64,000 nucleotides of DNA from positions 29,429 through 93,428 of the forward strand of contig DLGQ01000035.1 of the NCBI GenBank assembly GCA_002482775.1. The letters run 5' to 3'. Shown piece by piece: positions 10,601 to 19,880 of this stretch. This stretch comes from Flavobacteriales bacterium UBA7690 (GTDB taxonomy: Bacteria > Bacteroidota > Bacteroidia > Flavobacteriales_F > PHOS-HE28). The position numbers and the translations under genes were made by a program. The number at the start of each line of letters is the position of its first letter. Positions within the stretch are counted from its first letter, which is position 1. The notes under the pieces were generated by a model, which worked only from the letters and a program-made list of their open reading frames with translations, searched no databases and was not told where the DNA came from.

Positions 10601-10815
10601 GTATGCTGCCGATCGCACTTGCCAGCGGCGATGGTGCCGAGGTGAAGAACGGCATGGCCTGGGTGATCATCGGTGGGTTGACCAGCTCGCTCATCCTCAC
10701 CTTGTTCATCGTGCCCACGATGTACTATATCATGACACGGTTGATGGAACGTGTGGGTGGCAAGCGGTTCGGTCGCAAGCGGAAGTTGGTGGAGGAGCGT
10801 GTGGAGTTGGCTTAG
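7678..10815 (+). CDS. efflux RND transporter permease subunit (AcrB/AcrD/AcrF family)
   Basis: 1045 aa with canonical 12-TM architecture. Conserved motifs are GILVDDSIVVLENIYRH and SKNGILIVDFANQ. Confidence 0.95.
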   Translation: MSITEVAIKRPLLITVIFVTLILFGFVSYKGLNYNLLPKFEANVVMVQTTYRGASPEEIQNTITKPLEDAVSAIEGVDQIASTSMEGVSAITVTLKSGTDVNNAQRDAERRIDQIRAGLPEDADDPVVRRFSTDEIPILRMSVNSDLSPGDLYELLDDRVAPILSNVSGVGSVTLIGAQQREIQVVMDNDKLKAYGIGAGQVAQAVAANSSTFPAGNVEGGGDRLSINLDARAGNVDDLRSTVVRENADGSRILLKDIASVTDGLSEATTYNRINGQPGIGLQIVKQSDANAVEVSKGVKARMAELKIELADTGFNYAIAIDQSLYTLSSANAVMFDLVLAVVIVGFVMLLFLHSLRSSFFVLVALPSAMIPTFILMYAFGFSLNLMTLMALSLVVGILVDDSIVVLENIYRHLEMGKTRWSAALDGRNEIGFTAIAITLVDVVVFLPLALSGGLIGNILREFSLVVVFSTLMSLVVAFTLTPLLASRWGKLEHLTKDTLWGRFSLAFERGVTNLQQWYGRLLEKSLHRKRYVLIIILALMVGSIALLPAGFVGAAFIPQSDRGEFLVQLETAPQSSISVTDQLTQQAERIILKHPEVVNAFTNVGTQSGQMGGGAGSSNANLSEINVKLVPKTERAYSSEQFGLILRDEIGTIPGLKVTVTQTNITGSANTPIQIAVKGVEMDSLWKAARMIKAITEATPGTDYVQYSTKSPKPEVRVRLDQDRMGAMGFTSTDIGIAVQTAFRGNDLNNYKEGGEEYPINVRLDQSDRRDVQSVRDLMVTNTKGATVALSQLADVYETAGSSVLERTDRLNSIKVNSAATGRPSGTIVAEIQAALAKEELPSGVTVQYLGDAKNQGDAFGSLGMALVLGILLVYLIMVALYENALYPFVVLFSIPVSLVGALLALALTMQPLAIFSIVGLIMLLGLVSKNGILIVDFANQLRKEGMGLTEALVEAGKERLRPILMTTVAMVFGMLPIALASGDGAEVKNGMAWVIIGGLTSSLILTLFIVPTMYYIMTRLMERVGGKRFGRKRKLVEERVELA

Positions 10816-10861
10816 CCCCACTCTTCACGGGTCACGCTGAACGAACTGCGAAGAAGTAGTC

Positions 10862-12091
10862 CTACCAACGATCTAGCGTGAAAAGATCCGCTGCCGGATG
10901 CACATGACCGAGGATGCGGTCACGGATCACTTCAGCAGCGATGAGGCTGAAGGTGATGCCGTTACCACCCATGCCGAGTGCGAAGAAACTGCGCGGATCA
11001 TCACGAACCTGGTCGATGATGGGAAGCGCATCTTTCGTTTCGCCGAACGTACCGCACCAAGCGAATTCGGGAACCAATTTCAAGGGGGCGCACCGCTCTT
11101 CGAATTCCTTTACCAATGCTGCGGTCTTCTTGCGTAACAACGCATCGCGCAACGGAGGGCTACGGAAGGATTCATCGCGCCCGCCCAGGATGATGCGGCC
11201 TTCTGGAGCAGAGCGCATGTAGAGGTAGGGGTGGGCTGTTTCCCAGATCAAGGCGCTGTCGAGCCACGGCTGATCCAGGGTTCCGGCCTCGCTCACGAGC
11301 GCGTAGGTGCTGTGCAGCGCAACGGTACCGCGGGGGAGCAGGTCGGTGGTCTCGTAGCCACCGGCGTGGATCAGGTACTGCGCACGGATGCGATGCCCTC
11401 GTGTGGTGGTCAGGAGAGGTCTGGTGTCGGAAGTATCGATGTGTTCCACATGACTATGGGCGAACACCTGCGCACCGGAGCGTGTATTGCGGGTGTGCAA
11501 CGCATGGGTCAAACGCCACGCATCCACCTGCGCGCCCAGTTCAGAGCGCAAAGCTGCAGGCCCGATCAGGGGAGAGCACTGGCGCACTTCTTCTTCAGTT
11601 GGAATGAAGCGCACGTCGAAACCATGCTGCTTGCGTAGGTCGGCTTCGCGCCGCAGGGCTTTCACATGCGAACGCTTGCTGGCTACTTGTATGCTGGGAC
11701 GCTGGTCCAGTTCGCAACCGACACGCTCACCGATCCTTAGCAAGTTCCGTACAGCATCGGCACTTGCGTGGTAGCTGCGCACGGCGCGATCGAGGCCGAT
11801 CAGTTCGGCGAGATCGTGCAAGGGCAGGTCGATATCGTACTGCAACAACGCGGTACTGGCGCATGTGCTTCCCGTGCCGATCGCGCGCGAATCAACCACC
11901 ACCACACCAAGCCCGGCTTCGCACAAGTGATAGGCACACAGCGCACCGGTGATGCCGCCACCGATGATCACCACCTCCGTCTCGATGTCAGTTGCCAGCA
12001 CCGGATAAGTTTCATCCGTTCCGTTGCGTACGAGCCAGTACGGTGTCCCGGAATGCAGGTCCGTGCGTTCGGGTGCAGCGTTCAGTGCCAT
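10862..12091 (-). CDS. FAD-dependent oxidoreductase (DAO family)
   Basis: The N-terminus carries the Rossmann dinucleotide motif VVIIGGGITGALCAYHLCEAGLGVVVVD. The product is 409 aa. It is the last gene of a tightly packed minus-strand cluster. Confidence 0.8.
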   Translation of the reverse strand: MALNAAPERTDLHSGTPYWLVRNGTDETYPVLATDIETEVVIIGGGITGALCAYHLCEAGLGVVVVDSRAIGTGSTCASTALLQYDIDLPLHDLAELIGLDRAVRSYHASADAVRNLLRIGERVGCELDQRPSIQVASKRSHVKALRREADLRKQHGFDVRFIPTEEEVRQCSPLIGPAALRSELGAQVDAWRLTHALHTRNTRSGAQVFAHSHVEHIDTSDTRPLLTTTRGHRIRAQYLIHAGGYETTDLLPRGTVALHSTYALVSEAGTLDQPWLDSALIWETAHPYLYMRSAPEGRIILGGRDESFRSPPLRDALLRKKTAALVKEFEERCAPLKLVPEFAWCGTFGETKDALPIIDQVRDDPRSFFALGMGGNGITFSLIAAEVIRDRILGHVHPAADLFTLDRW

Positions 12092-12099
12092 GTGATGGA

Positions 12100-13038
12100 T
12101 CAGTTCGATGGGGTGGTCTTCACCGCGTGTGGCAGCGGCTGCATATGCTCTCCGCGCTGCAGTGCGGTAACGTAGGTGAACTGCGCGCCGAACAGTGTGA
12201 GTATCGCCGCGTAGTAGACCCAGAGCATGATGATGATGAGCGCTCCGCCCGCCCCGTACGCATCACCGGCCCCGGTCTTGGCGATGTACAGACCGATGAG
12301 GTATTTGCCACCGGAGAAGAGCAATGCGGTGAACAGCGAACCCACCCACACGGTGCGCCAAGCGATGCGCATATCGGGCAGGAATTTGAACACCATGGCG
12401 AACACGGTGGTAACTACCGCGAAAGAAAGGAAAAGACCGGCCACGCCTACCAACATGGTTCCTGCGGGAAGCCATGCGCCAAGGCGTTCACCAATGGCGA
12501 CAACGGCGGCATCGACCACTAAGGAGACCAGCAACAGGAAGCCGAAGGAAGAGATCAGGGCTAGTGAAGTGAGCCGTGTGAGGAGGTAACGAACGATGGC
12601 TTTCCCCGGTTTCTGCTTCACTTTCCAGATGCGGTTCAAGCTGTTCTGTAACGAGGCGAAAAGTGCGCTTGCACTTACCGCGAGTGCTACCAGGCCAAGC
12701 ACCTGGGAGAATATCCCGGTCTTCTTCTTGTCCGCGTTCTGCACGATGCCCGCCAGGTCGTTCGCTGTGCTAGCACCGATCAGTGATCCAGCCTGACCGT
12801 ACAGTGCTTCGCGCACGGCTGCCGCATCGTAGAACGTAGAAGCCACCATTAGCGCCAGGATCAACACTCCGGGTAGGGCGAAGATGGTGGTGAAGGCCAA
12901 GGAGCTCGCTTCCGTGAGCGGGTCCCCTTTGAAGAACTCCTGGCCAGAACGTTTCAGCGTGGACCAGAAATGGGCGATGTGGCGTACAGCGAACGGGCGG
13001 TGTTCGGCGGGGTATTGCTTGTCGGTGGTGGTGGCCAT
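12100..13038 (-). CDS. YihY/BrkB (virulence factor BrkB / former RNase BN) family membrane protein
   Basis: 312 aa with about 6 TM helices. The N-terminal motif LTEASSLAFTTIFALPGVLI and a C-terminal Y-rich helix are typical of YihY family proteins. Confidence 0.8.
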   Translation of the reverse strand: MATTTDKQYPAEHRPFAVRHIAHFWSTLKRSGQEFFKGDPLTEASSLAFTTIFALPGVLILALMVASTFYDAAAVREALYGQAGSLIGASTANDLAGIVQNADKKKTGIFSQVLGLVALAVSASALFASLQNSLNRIWKVKQKPGKAIVRYLLTRLTSLALISSFGFLLLVSLVVDAAVVAIGERLGAWLPAGTMLVGVAGLFLSFAVVTTVFAMVFKFLPDMRIAWRTVWVGSLFTALLFSGGKYLIGLYIAKTGAGDAYGAGGALIIIMLWVYYAAILTLFGAQFTYVTALQRGEHMQPLPHAVKTTPSN

Positions 13039-13052
13039 GTCCGTATGGTGGG

Positions 13053-14228
13053 TCAGGACTTTTTCTTCCTGGGCTTATCCTCGTTCTTCTTGAAGAGTTC
13101 CTTAAGGAAGCCCTTCTTTTCCGGTGGTGGCGCAGTGACCGAACGGATGTTGATCTGGTTGTCCACTGCGGGTTGCAGGGCTTGGAAGAACGCGTTGCGC
13201 AGCAGGTCTATCACCGCGTAGAGCACGTTGGTGCGTGGTCCGTCCATACGTCCTTCGAAGCGCACCTTGGTGGCCACTTGATCTTCGCGTTGATTGCGGA
13301 AGAGCACACCAGCGGTACCCACCACACCTTCCCACAACTTGCGCAGGAGGTTGTCCCCGCGATCTTCGTGGCCCACCACATCCAGGTCTTGGATCAGCGG
13401 TTTCACATACCCGGTGAAGCCACCATCCTTTGCAGCCACCTCGGTGTAGAGCCCGAAAGTGCCGCGGTTCACATCGAATTTGCCATACGCCTGCATGAAG
13501 TCGTTGAGTTGTGGTAGCTCCATGTTCTTCAGTTCGCTGTTCAGGTCGAACGTGGGTTGTTCCGCCAGTGGGTTCAGGCGCATGTTGAAGTCCATGGCAC
13601 CGCCGTAGAGGGCAGAGGTGAAGCGTAACGATGCTGGAAGGAGCGACGTGGAATCGTAGCTGTTGCGCAGGTTCAGTGCGAGCAGGTCGATGTCCGTCAT
13701 CTGCACGTCCACCCGGGGTTTCGTTGTAGGGTCCTTGAAACGCAGCGTACCATCGTGGGCTTCGATCCTGTTCACGCGGATCGGCATCAGGTCGTCCAGG
13801 AGATCGCGGAACGTGGTGGTGTCCTTTTGCACTGCGGCGGGCTCTACGGCGTCCTTGGTGAATACCACCCGCGGTTCCTCCAGCACCAGTTCACCAACGA
13901 CTGAACCGTTGAGGAGCGCCTTCCATTCGATGGAGAGATCGATCAACGTTGCACCCAGGAACGGGCTCCGCACGCCGCTCGCGCTATCCACTTGGTCGAT
14001 GAACAGATCTTCCAATTGATAGGCACCACGGAGCAATGCGAGGTTCAGGTCTTCCACATGACCATAGTAACCATCCAGCTTGGCGAGCTTGTCGTTCACC
14101 ACATGCAGAAGCACGTAAGGCAGCACGATGCGGATGGCCACGAGCACGCCCAGTATGATGAGCAGCGTACGCAGCCGGCGCCGACGTTTCACAGGGTGTT
14201 CCTCCCCAGGGACGATAACAGCGGACAT
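13053..14228 (-). CDS. membrane-anchored periplasmic protein, DUF748/AsmA-like (tentative)
   Basis: It has a basic N-terminus plus a single TM (RRRRLRTLLIILGVLVAIRIVLPYVLL), then a long beta-rich region and a lysine-rich tail. The family name is recalled from memory only. Confidence 0.6.
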   Translation of the reverse strand: MSAVIVPGEEHPVKRRRRLRTLLIILGVLVAIRIVLPYVLLHVVNDKLAKLDGYYGHVEDLNLALLRGAYQLEDLFIDQVDSASGVRSPFLGATLIDLSIEWKALLNGSVVGELVLEEPRVVFTKDAVEPAAVQKDTTTFRDLLDDLMPIRVNRIEAHDGTLRFKDPTTKPRVDVQMTDIDLLALNLRNSYDSTSLLPASLRFTSALYGGAMDFNMRLNPLAEQPTFDLNSELKNMELPQLNDFMQAYGKFDVNRGTFGLYTEVAAKDGGFTGYVKPLIQDLDVVGHEDRGDNLLRKLWEGVVGTAGVLFRNQREDQVATKVRFEGRMDGPRTNVLYAVIDLLRNAFFQALQPAVDNQINIRSVTAPPPEKKGFLKELFKKNEDKPRKKKS

Positions 14229-14234
14229 GCGGGC

Positions 14235-14747
14235 CTACTTGTTGAACGCGCTCAGCATCCAATGGTGCTTCTCCAACTGTTCAATGAAGCCTTTCACCAT
14301 GCGCTCTGTTCCGGAGTCGCTTAACTCCAAGGTGACGTCCACGGTGTCGCACATCAGGTCCAAGAGCGTGATGTAGTCGGCCAGGATGTTCTTCATCATC
14401 TTGTCCGAAGGGGGTACCGTAGCATCTTCTTTCAGCGTGCTCTGCTTGAGGTATTCGGCGTAGGTGCTCAGCGGACGTTCGCGGAACACACGCACACGTT
14501 CGGCGATCAGGTCGATGTTGGCTTGTGCCTCCGTGTACTGGAGTTCTAACTGTTCATGGATATCGAAGAAGTCGCCACCGGTCACGTTCCAATGGTAGTT
14601 GCGCAGTTTCTGATAGTGGACCTGATAGTTGGCGAGCAAGATGTTGAGAGAGTCCACGATACGCGTGCGGTCCTGAGCGCTCCAGTGGAGCGAGTGGCGT
14701 TTGCGTGTTTCAACATTTCCTTTTTTGGCGGGTGTGGAGGTGGCCAT
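14235..14747 (-). CDS. dps: Dps family DNA-protecting ferritin-like protein
   Basis: The Dps ferroxidase-region pattern is present: LNILLANYQVHYQKLRNYHWNVTGGDFFDIHEQLE...AERV. I chose the start at ATG 14747 (MATSTPAKK); in-frame alternatives exist at 14777 and 14795. Confidence 0.9.
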   Translation of the reverse strand: MATSTPAKKGNVETRKRHSLHWSAQDRTRIVDSLNILLANYQVHYQKLRNYHWNVTGGDFFDIHEQLELQYTEAQANIDLIAERVRVFRERPLSTYAEYLKQSTLKEDATVPPSDKMMKNILADYITLLDLMCDTVDVTLELSDSGTERMVKGFIEQLEKHHWMLSAFNK

Positions 14748-15086
14748 GATCGTTGGACTTTGCTTGATTGCTGCCATGTTCCATGCCACGCGCATTCATT
14801 CAAGAACGATCAGCGGAAAGGATGTCCACTGTGGAGAAGGTTACCCATTGTGGCTCTCTTCTTCCCCTCCGTGGAGGTGTTATTCGTGGCTATAGGGTCT
14901 ACGTTCTTCCAGTTCGTTGTGTCTTTTCAGCGATGGCTCCACGGTTCTTATGGGTGGCGAGGCCTATCGGCTGGTGATCGATGGGTTGTCCATACTTAAA
15001 GAAGCGTAACCTCATCTGACTTGGTAGTGCAAGGTGGCCGGAGGTTTGAGGTGTGTTACATGGAACTCTCACTTGAACTCTCACAC

Positions 15087-15185
15087 ATGAATAAGAAGCC
15101 AGCGCCAATGCCATGGGTCTATCGGCTCATCGCCATCTTCCTCTTTTTCATGGTCCTCGTCTGGCTCTACGTCATGGTGCGGTGA
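15087..15185 (+). CDS. possible 32-aa single-TM micro-protein (MNKKPAPMPWVYRLIAIFLFFMVLVWLYVMVR)
   Basis: It is below the track's size cutoff. It has an ATG start, a TGA stop, and GC3-rich codons like genuine genes here (ctc atc gcc atc ttc ctc). One clean hydrophobic helix is flanked by positive charges. There is no homology evidence. Confidence 0.3.
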   Translation: MNKKPAPMPWVYRLIAIFLFFMVLVWLYVMVR

Positions 15186-15503
15186 CCGCGGGCCCTTTTG
15201 ATGCTTCCGCGTGGGCATCGAGTCATCCCCTTGGTCTCATTCTGTACATAGGGCTCTTGTGGTCGGCAGACTTTCCGCACCACCTCCATGGTCTGTCAGC
15301 GCCTCACGAAGCAAGATTCACCCTCGATTCGGGGCGTGTCTTACACATTGGAACGCCGATCGTGTGATCCGGTCCCCCGGCGCTAGGGGCCGGTTCGTGG
15401 ATTCTAGTGGTTGCGGAGCGTGTCGGAGCGAGGCATGCACGCATGTTCCATGTCATGGCCCCGGATCTGTCACCGTGAGGATCGAACATTGAACCTCATT
15501 GAC

Positions 15504-15929
15504 ATGAAAGCCATGACCACCTTCTCTCGGGGCACGATCGCTTCACTTGCTCTGTGCACCTGCATCACCTTCGCCACGGCGCAAAGCACGCCACCTGCGC
15601 GCGAGAACGTGCCGCAGCAACCTTCACAACCTACTACTACCGCACCGCTTCCGCCGCAACAAGGATGGATGTGGTGGGACGAAACCCACGGCCGAGACAT
15701 GAACATCGCCGTGGACCGCATGAAGGAACTGCAAGCCGTTGACCAGCGGTACCGTTCGGACTACGAGGCCATGGGAAGCACGACGTGGACCAACCCCGAC
15801 TACGAGTCGTTGACCGAGCGTCGCAACGCGGAGTTCGAGAGGGTGCTCACACCGGAGCAGTATCAACAATACGTGCTCCTTAGCACACCTCCAGCACCCA
15901 CGCCTGGAACGCCTGCCCCTGCACGTTAG
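15504..15929 (+). CDS. secreted hypothetical protein with LTXXQ motif
   Basis: ATG 15504 gives a signal peptide (MKAMTTFSRGTIASLALCTCITFATAQ). This is followed by a P/Q-rich linker, then a helical region containing DRMKELQ and VLTPEQYQQY. A stem-loop follows the gene. Confidence 0.55.
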   Translation: MKAMTTFSRGTIASLALCTCITFATAQSTPPARENVPQQPSQPTTTAPLPPQQGWMWWDETHGRDMNIAVDRMKELQAVDQRYRSDYEAMGSTTWTNPDYESLTERRNAEFERVLTPEQYQQYVLLSTPPAPTPGTPAPAR

Positions 15930-15953
15930 GGCATCTTAGCTCTTCGGAGGATC

Positions 15954-15997
15954 AACAGCTCCGGTGCTCGTGCAACTGCGCGGGAGCCGGAGTTGTT
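15954..15997. terminator. stem-loop between convergent genes (15504..15929 and katE)
   Basis: AACAGCTCCGG (15954-15964) pairs with CCGGAGTTGTT (15987-15997), with one G:U pair. It is followed by a T-rich CCTTGTTGTTTCT. Confidence 0.45.
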
Positions 15998-16191
15998 CCT
16001 TGTTGTTTCTTAGGTCGATCGAACAGCACCGGCGCTGTGCGATGCTCCGTTCGGACATCGGGCAGCGGACACTTTGTTCCCCGTTATTCGTACTTACATG
16101 ACGCCCCGCGCAATGAAGGGTTCACTTCACTGACTGGGCGCTAGGGCAGAAGCGATCATGCTGCCGCCTTCTCGTGTTCTATGGATCGTGT

Positions 16192-18357
16192 TCAGCTCTT
16201 TTCGCCTGTCAAAGGATCGGCTTCGCGTTCCCAGTGGCGATGTGCTGCAATGGCTTCCAGGAAGTTCTTCGCGGCCTCTTTTGTCGTACGCGCCTGTACC
16301 ACCCCCGGTACGGCATTCTTATCGGTGGGTGTCAAGCTCCATGCGGCCAATAGCTCCACTGCGTCACCGATGAGGGCGATGGCTTTGCAGTGCCGGAAGG
16401 CATCGCTCACGAAGTCTTTCGCGTCGGGCAATTTCAGCCACGTAACCTTACCGCCTACCACGGCCACGGCATCGAACAACACGGATGCAGTGGTCATTAA
16501 CGCATGATCGACCGGCACGCTCCGTTGGCCTGATGAAAGCATGCGGTGCATAGGTGCGATGATCTTCACACTAGCTCCTTCACCCTCCAGGAACTTCTTC
16601 AATGAGGCGGCCTCTGCGGCACCTTGATCCGTGGCGAGCACGGCAACACGTCTTGTGCGCACGGAACGGACTGTATTCGCCATGCTCAGCGCTGCGGAAT
16701 GTTCCAGCAGCACATCTTCGTGGTAGGGTTGCACATCGTCCGGGTCGGTGTCCGCGGGGATGCTTCTGTTCAATGGCTTGTCCACTTCGGGCACTTCTAT
16801 GCCGAATGCTTCGGCCACACGAGCGGCGAGGTCGGCATCCACGTAGGCCAGTTGACCGATCACGCGTTCTCGCACGGCGGGTACTTCCAATTTACCGAGT
16901 TCGAAACGTAACGCATTCACCAAGTGGTTCTGTTCAGGCACGCGCTGGCTGCGGTAGAAGAGCGTGGCTTGGCTGTAGTGGTCTTGGAACTTGGTGCTTT
17001 TACCGCGCACCTTCACACCTTCCACCGGTTCCGGGAACGAGGTGAAGCCACCCTCTTTGATCATGGCTTGGTAAGGGCATCCGCCGCCTAGTGAATTGGG
17101 TTCGTAGTTGACGCGACCCTTGTTGATCGTTTGGCGCATGTGGCCGTCGCGTTGGTGATTGTGCACCGGTGCGAGCGGATGGTTGATCGGCAGCTCGTTG
17201 AAGTTCGCACTTCCGAGGCGGGATAGTTGGGTATCCGTGTAACTGAACAAGCGCCCTTGCAAGAGCGGATCATTGCTGAAGTCGATCCCCGGGACCAAAT
17301 GGGCAGGATGGAACGCTACCTGTTCCGTTTCTGCGAAGAACTCAGCGGGGTTCCGATCCAGCGTGAGCTTGCCGATACGTTGGACGGGCACGAGCTCTTC
17401 GGGGATGAGTTTGGTGGGGTCCAGAAGGTCGAAGGGGAATTCGTGTTCGTCTTTCTGCTCCACGATCTGCACACCGAGCTCCCATTCAGGGAAGTCGCCG
17501 TTCTCGATGGCTTCCCACAGATCGCGGCGATGGAAGTCGGGGTCCTTCCCATTCACTTTCGTGGCTTCGTCCCACACGAGGGAATGCACGCCCAACAGCG
17601 GTTTCCAATGGAATTTCACGAAACGTCCTTCGCCTTTTTCGTTCACGAACCGGAAGGTGTGTACGCCGAAGCCTTCCATCATGCGGTAGCTACGCGGAAT
17701 GGCGCGATCGCTCATGACCCACATGATCATGTGCATGCTTTCCGGCATCAACGAGATGAAGTCCCAGAACGTGTCGTGCGCGCTAGCTGCTTGTGGCATC
17801 TCATGGTGCGGTTCGGGTTTCACGGCGTGAACGAGGTCCGGGAATTTGATGGCATCCTGGATGAAGAATACCGGGATGTTGTTGCCCACCAGGTCGTAGA
17901 TCCCTTCATCGGTATAGAATTTCACCGCGAACCCACGTGCATCGCGGGCAAGGTCCGCGCTTCCTCTGGAACCAGCTACGGTGCTGAAGCGAACGAATAC
18001 CGGCGTGCGTCGAGCAGGGTCGTTGAGGAAGCCCGCTTTCGTAACTGAGCGCATGGACTTGTAGACCTGGAAGAAGCCATGTGCTCCTGACCCACGTGCG
18101 TGAACGGCCCGTTCGGGTATGCGCTCATGATCGAAATGGGTGATCTTCTCGCGCAGCAGATGATCTTCAAGCAACGTAGGACCACGCAACCCTGCTTTCA
18201 GGCTGTTCTGGTCGTCGTTGATGGGTAAGCCTTGGTTGCTGGTGAGCAGTTGGCCCTCCGCATCACTGGTGTTCGCAAGCAGGTCCTCCTGTTTTGCGTT
18301 GATGCTGGTCGGCTTGGTGTTGTTGGGTTTTCGTGCGGGAGAGGAGCGTTTGGCCAT
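16192..18357 (-). CDS. katE: large-subunit catalase (HPII type)
   Basis: 721 aa. The catalase core motifs are present ([63 protein letters not shown]). A C-terminal flavodoxin/DJ-1-like domain, characteristic of HPII clade catalases, is also present. Confidence 0.95.
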   Translation of the reverse strand: MAKRSSPARKPNNTKPTSINAKQEDLLANTSDAEGQLLTSNQGLPINDDQNSLKAGLRGPTLLEDHLLREKITHFDHERIPERAVHARGSGAHGFFQVYKSMRSVTKAGFLNDPARRTPVFVRFSTVAGSRGSADLARDARGFAVKFYTDEGIYDLVGNNIPVFFIQDAIKFPDLVHAVKPEPHHEMPQAASAHDTFWDFISLMPESMHMIMWVMSDRAIPRSYRMMEGFGVHTFRFVNEKGEGRFVKFHWKPLLGVHSLVWDEATKVNGKDPDFHRRDLWEAIENGDFPEWELGVQIVEQKDEHEFPFDLLDPTKLIPEELVPVQRIGKLTLDRNPAEFFAETEQVAFHPAHLVPGIDFSNDPLLQGRLFSYTDTQLSRLGSANFNELPINHPLAPVHNHQRDGHMRQTINKGRVNYEPNSLGGGCPYQAMIKEGGFTSFPEPVEGVKVRGKSTKFQDHYSQATLFYRSQRVPEQNHLVNALRFELGKLEVPAVRERVIGQLAYVDADLAARVAEAFGIEVPEVDKPLNRSIPADTDPDDVQPYHEDVLLEHSAALSMANTVRSVRTRRVAVLATDQGAAEAASLKKFLEGEGASVKIIAPMHRMLSSGQRSVPVDHALMTTASVLFDAVAVVGGKVTWLKLPDAKDFVSDAFRHCKAIALIGDAVELLAAWSLTPTDKNAVPGVVQARTTKEAAKNFLEAIAAHRHWEREADPLTGEKS

Positions 18358-18633
18358 GGTGATCGTGTTGGACGTGCCCTATGCGATCCTGTGCCAAGAA
18401 GGAAGTCGTTGCGGCCGGAGAGGCCCCTGGCGCGAACACGCGTAGGATCGAGCGCTTGAGCGCCGGAAGCAGGAGGCATCCATGCCCATGGATCGGGGAG
18501 TGCGATACCCAGGTTCCCGGTCGCGCGGGTATTGATTTCACACGCTTCACCTGGATCGGACCCTGTTCCGAGATGAATGGCAGAGGCACGTAGGTTGATG
18601 AGCTACAAGCACGAACCTTAAAACCACATCATC

Positions 18634-18807
18634 ATGCTACGTTGGGTACTCACTTTCCTGATCATTGCGCTCATTGCCGGGGTGTTCGGCTTCACAGGCA
18701 TAGCGGCGGGTGCGGCGGAGATCGCCAAGATCATCTTCTACATTTTCCTGGTGCTGCTCGTTGTTTCTCTGATCTTCGGCGGTGTGATCTGGAAGAAGAT
18801 CAGTTGA
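18634..18807 (+). CDS. DUF1328 (YtjA-like) small membrane protein, 57 aa
   Basis: It is not in the ORF track (under 60 aa). ATG 18634 to TGA 18805-18807 encodes [57 protein letters not shown]. The central FGFTGIA...A..IAKI.F.IF pattern matches the DUF1328 family as I recall it. Confidence 0.75.
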   Translation: MLRWVLTFLIIALIAGVFGFTGIAAGAAEIAKIIFYIFLVLLVVSLIFGGVIWKKIS

Positions 18808-19107
18808 ACATGCTCTGATCCACGGACCAGTTCGCGGATCAAATGTGTTGAAGCCTGGCTGTCGTGTGTCTCGTTCCCGCTCGGGATCGTTCACGAGGCC
18901 GGGTTTCGTCTTCCGTACGTCCTGAAGCACCCGTTTCGGCCGGCCGTACAAGATGCCTTGTTCCGCAGCGTACGTGGCATCGACCATCCAGGTGAAGCTT
19001 CTGTGCCGAATACGGAGCCTGTTCTATCGGGTTCGATGCTTGAAGGTTCCGGACTGGTAGTGGCATTCAAATGGTATGGGGTTCCATACATCGATCCCAG
19101 AGGAGCC

Positions 19108-19404
19108 ATGACCTATCAGGAATACGAACAAATGAGCGGCCCGGAGCAACTGTACACGGTGAGCCGAACGGGGGTACTGCTGATGCACCGGCATACCAAG
19201 GAAGGCACGCACGTCCATTACCGTATGCGCAACTTTATCGTGGAGGTGCTGTTCGTTGGAGATAGTGGTACTTCGATCGAGATCACCTCCTTCACCATGG
19301 GCCATTCGCGCTTCTTGGAACTTTTGTGCCTGCTCCCCGCAGCCTCCCTACGGTCCATTTGCGCACGCGGAGAAGCGTCCCGGCATTCATTCCAGTGGAA
19401 CTGA
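19108..19404 (+). CDS. hypothetical protein (98 aa)
   Basis: This is the downstream part of track ORF 18958..19404. Codons after ATG 19108 are GC3-rich and codons before it are not. There is no recognisable family, and the start is uncertain (TTG 18958 or ATG 19036 are also possible). Confidence 0.4.
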   Translation: MTYQEYEQMSGPEQLYTVSRTGVLLMHRHTKEGTHVHYRMRNFIVEVLFVGDSGTSIEITSFTMGHSRFLELLCLLPAASLRSICARGEASRHSFQWN

Positions 19405-19583
19405 CAGGTCGCACACTTCCATGAGCCGTTGTACAGGCCGACGAAGATCCTATGCCGAGTGCCTTAGTGTGGATGCAAAGACTGGCGCCCTACCATTCGG
19501 TGGGGCGTTCTTCGAGGAAGATGCACCGAGCGGCGCGAAATGTCAGAAAGAGATGGATGTGGTGATCTCGCAACGGCCCGGAT

Positions 19584-19880
19584 CTAGAGGAACACGCTGA
19601 TGGTGTAGCTGGGCCGTTCGCTGTCTTCTTCGCTGGCATCCCGCGCGATCAATTGCGTGAAACGATCCGAGACGTGGCTGAAGATGGCTACGACATGCAG
19701 GTTCTCATGGCTGAAATGGACATGGCTCGTGCGTTCAAGCCCGTGTTCCGTGTAGGCCACGCCCGCACCGCGAAGGCCCTCCCAGAAAGCCATCATACGG
19801 TCGTCGAAGGCCGTGCGCAGATCGTGTATGATGCAAGGAGCGGTCTCTGGCAAGGCGAAGGTGTTGTTCTGCGAGATCAT
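19584..19880 (-). CDS. hypothetical protein (98 aa)
   Basis: It has an ATG start and strongly GC3-biased codons consistent with host genes. It is convergent with 19108..19404. No family was recognised. Confidence 0.5.
   Translation of the reverse strand: MISQNNTFALPETAPCIIHDLRTAFDDRMMAFWEGLRGAGVAYTEHGLERTSHVHFSHENLHVVAIFSHVSDRFTQLIARDASEEDSERPSYTISVFL

Noticed and set aside
14796-15503. Housekeeping ncRNA (RNase P RNA, tmRNA, SRP RNA, 6S) in the large gap next to dps
   Set aside because: None of the signature strings I know was present on either strand. I checked GAGGAAAGTCCGGGC for RNase P, a GGGG...TTCGA 5' end with a tRNA-like CCACCA 3' end for tmRNA, and the GGAAGCAGCCAAGG-type SRP helix 8. 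The gap is kept only as an unexplained-region finding.
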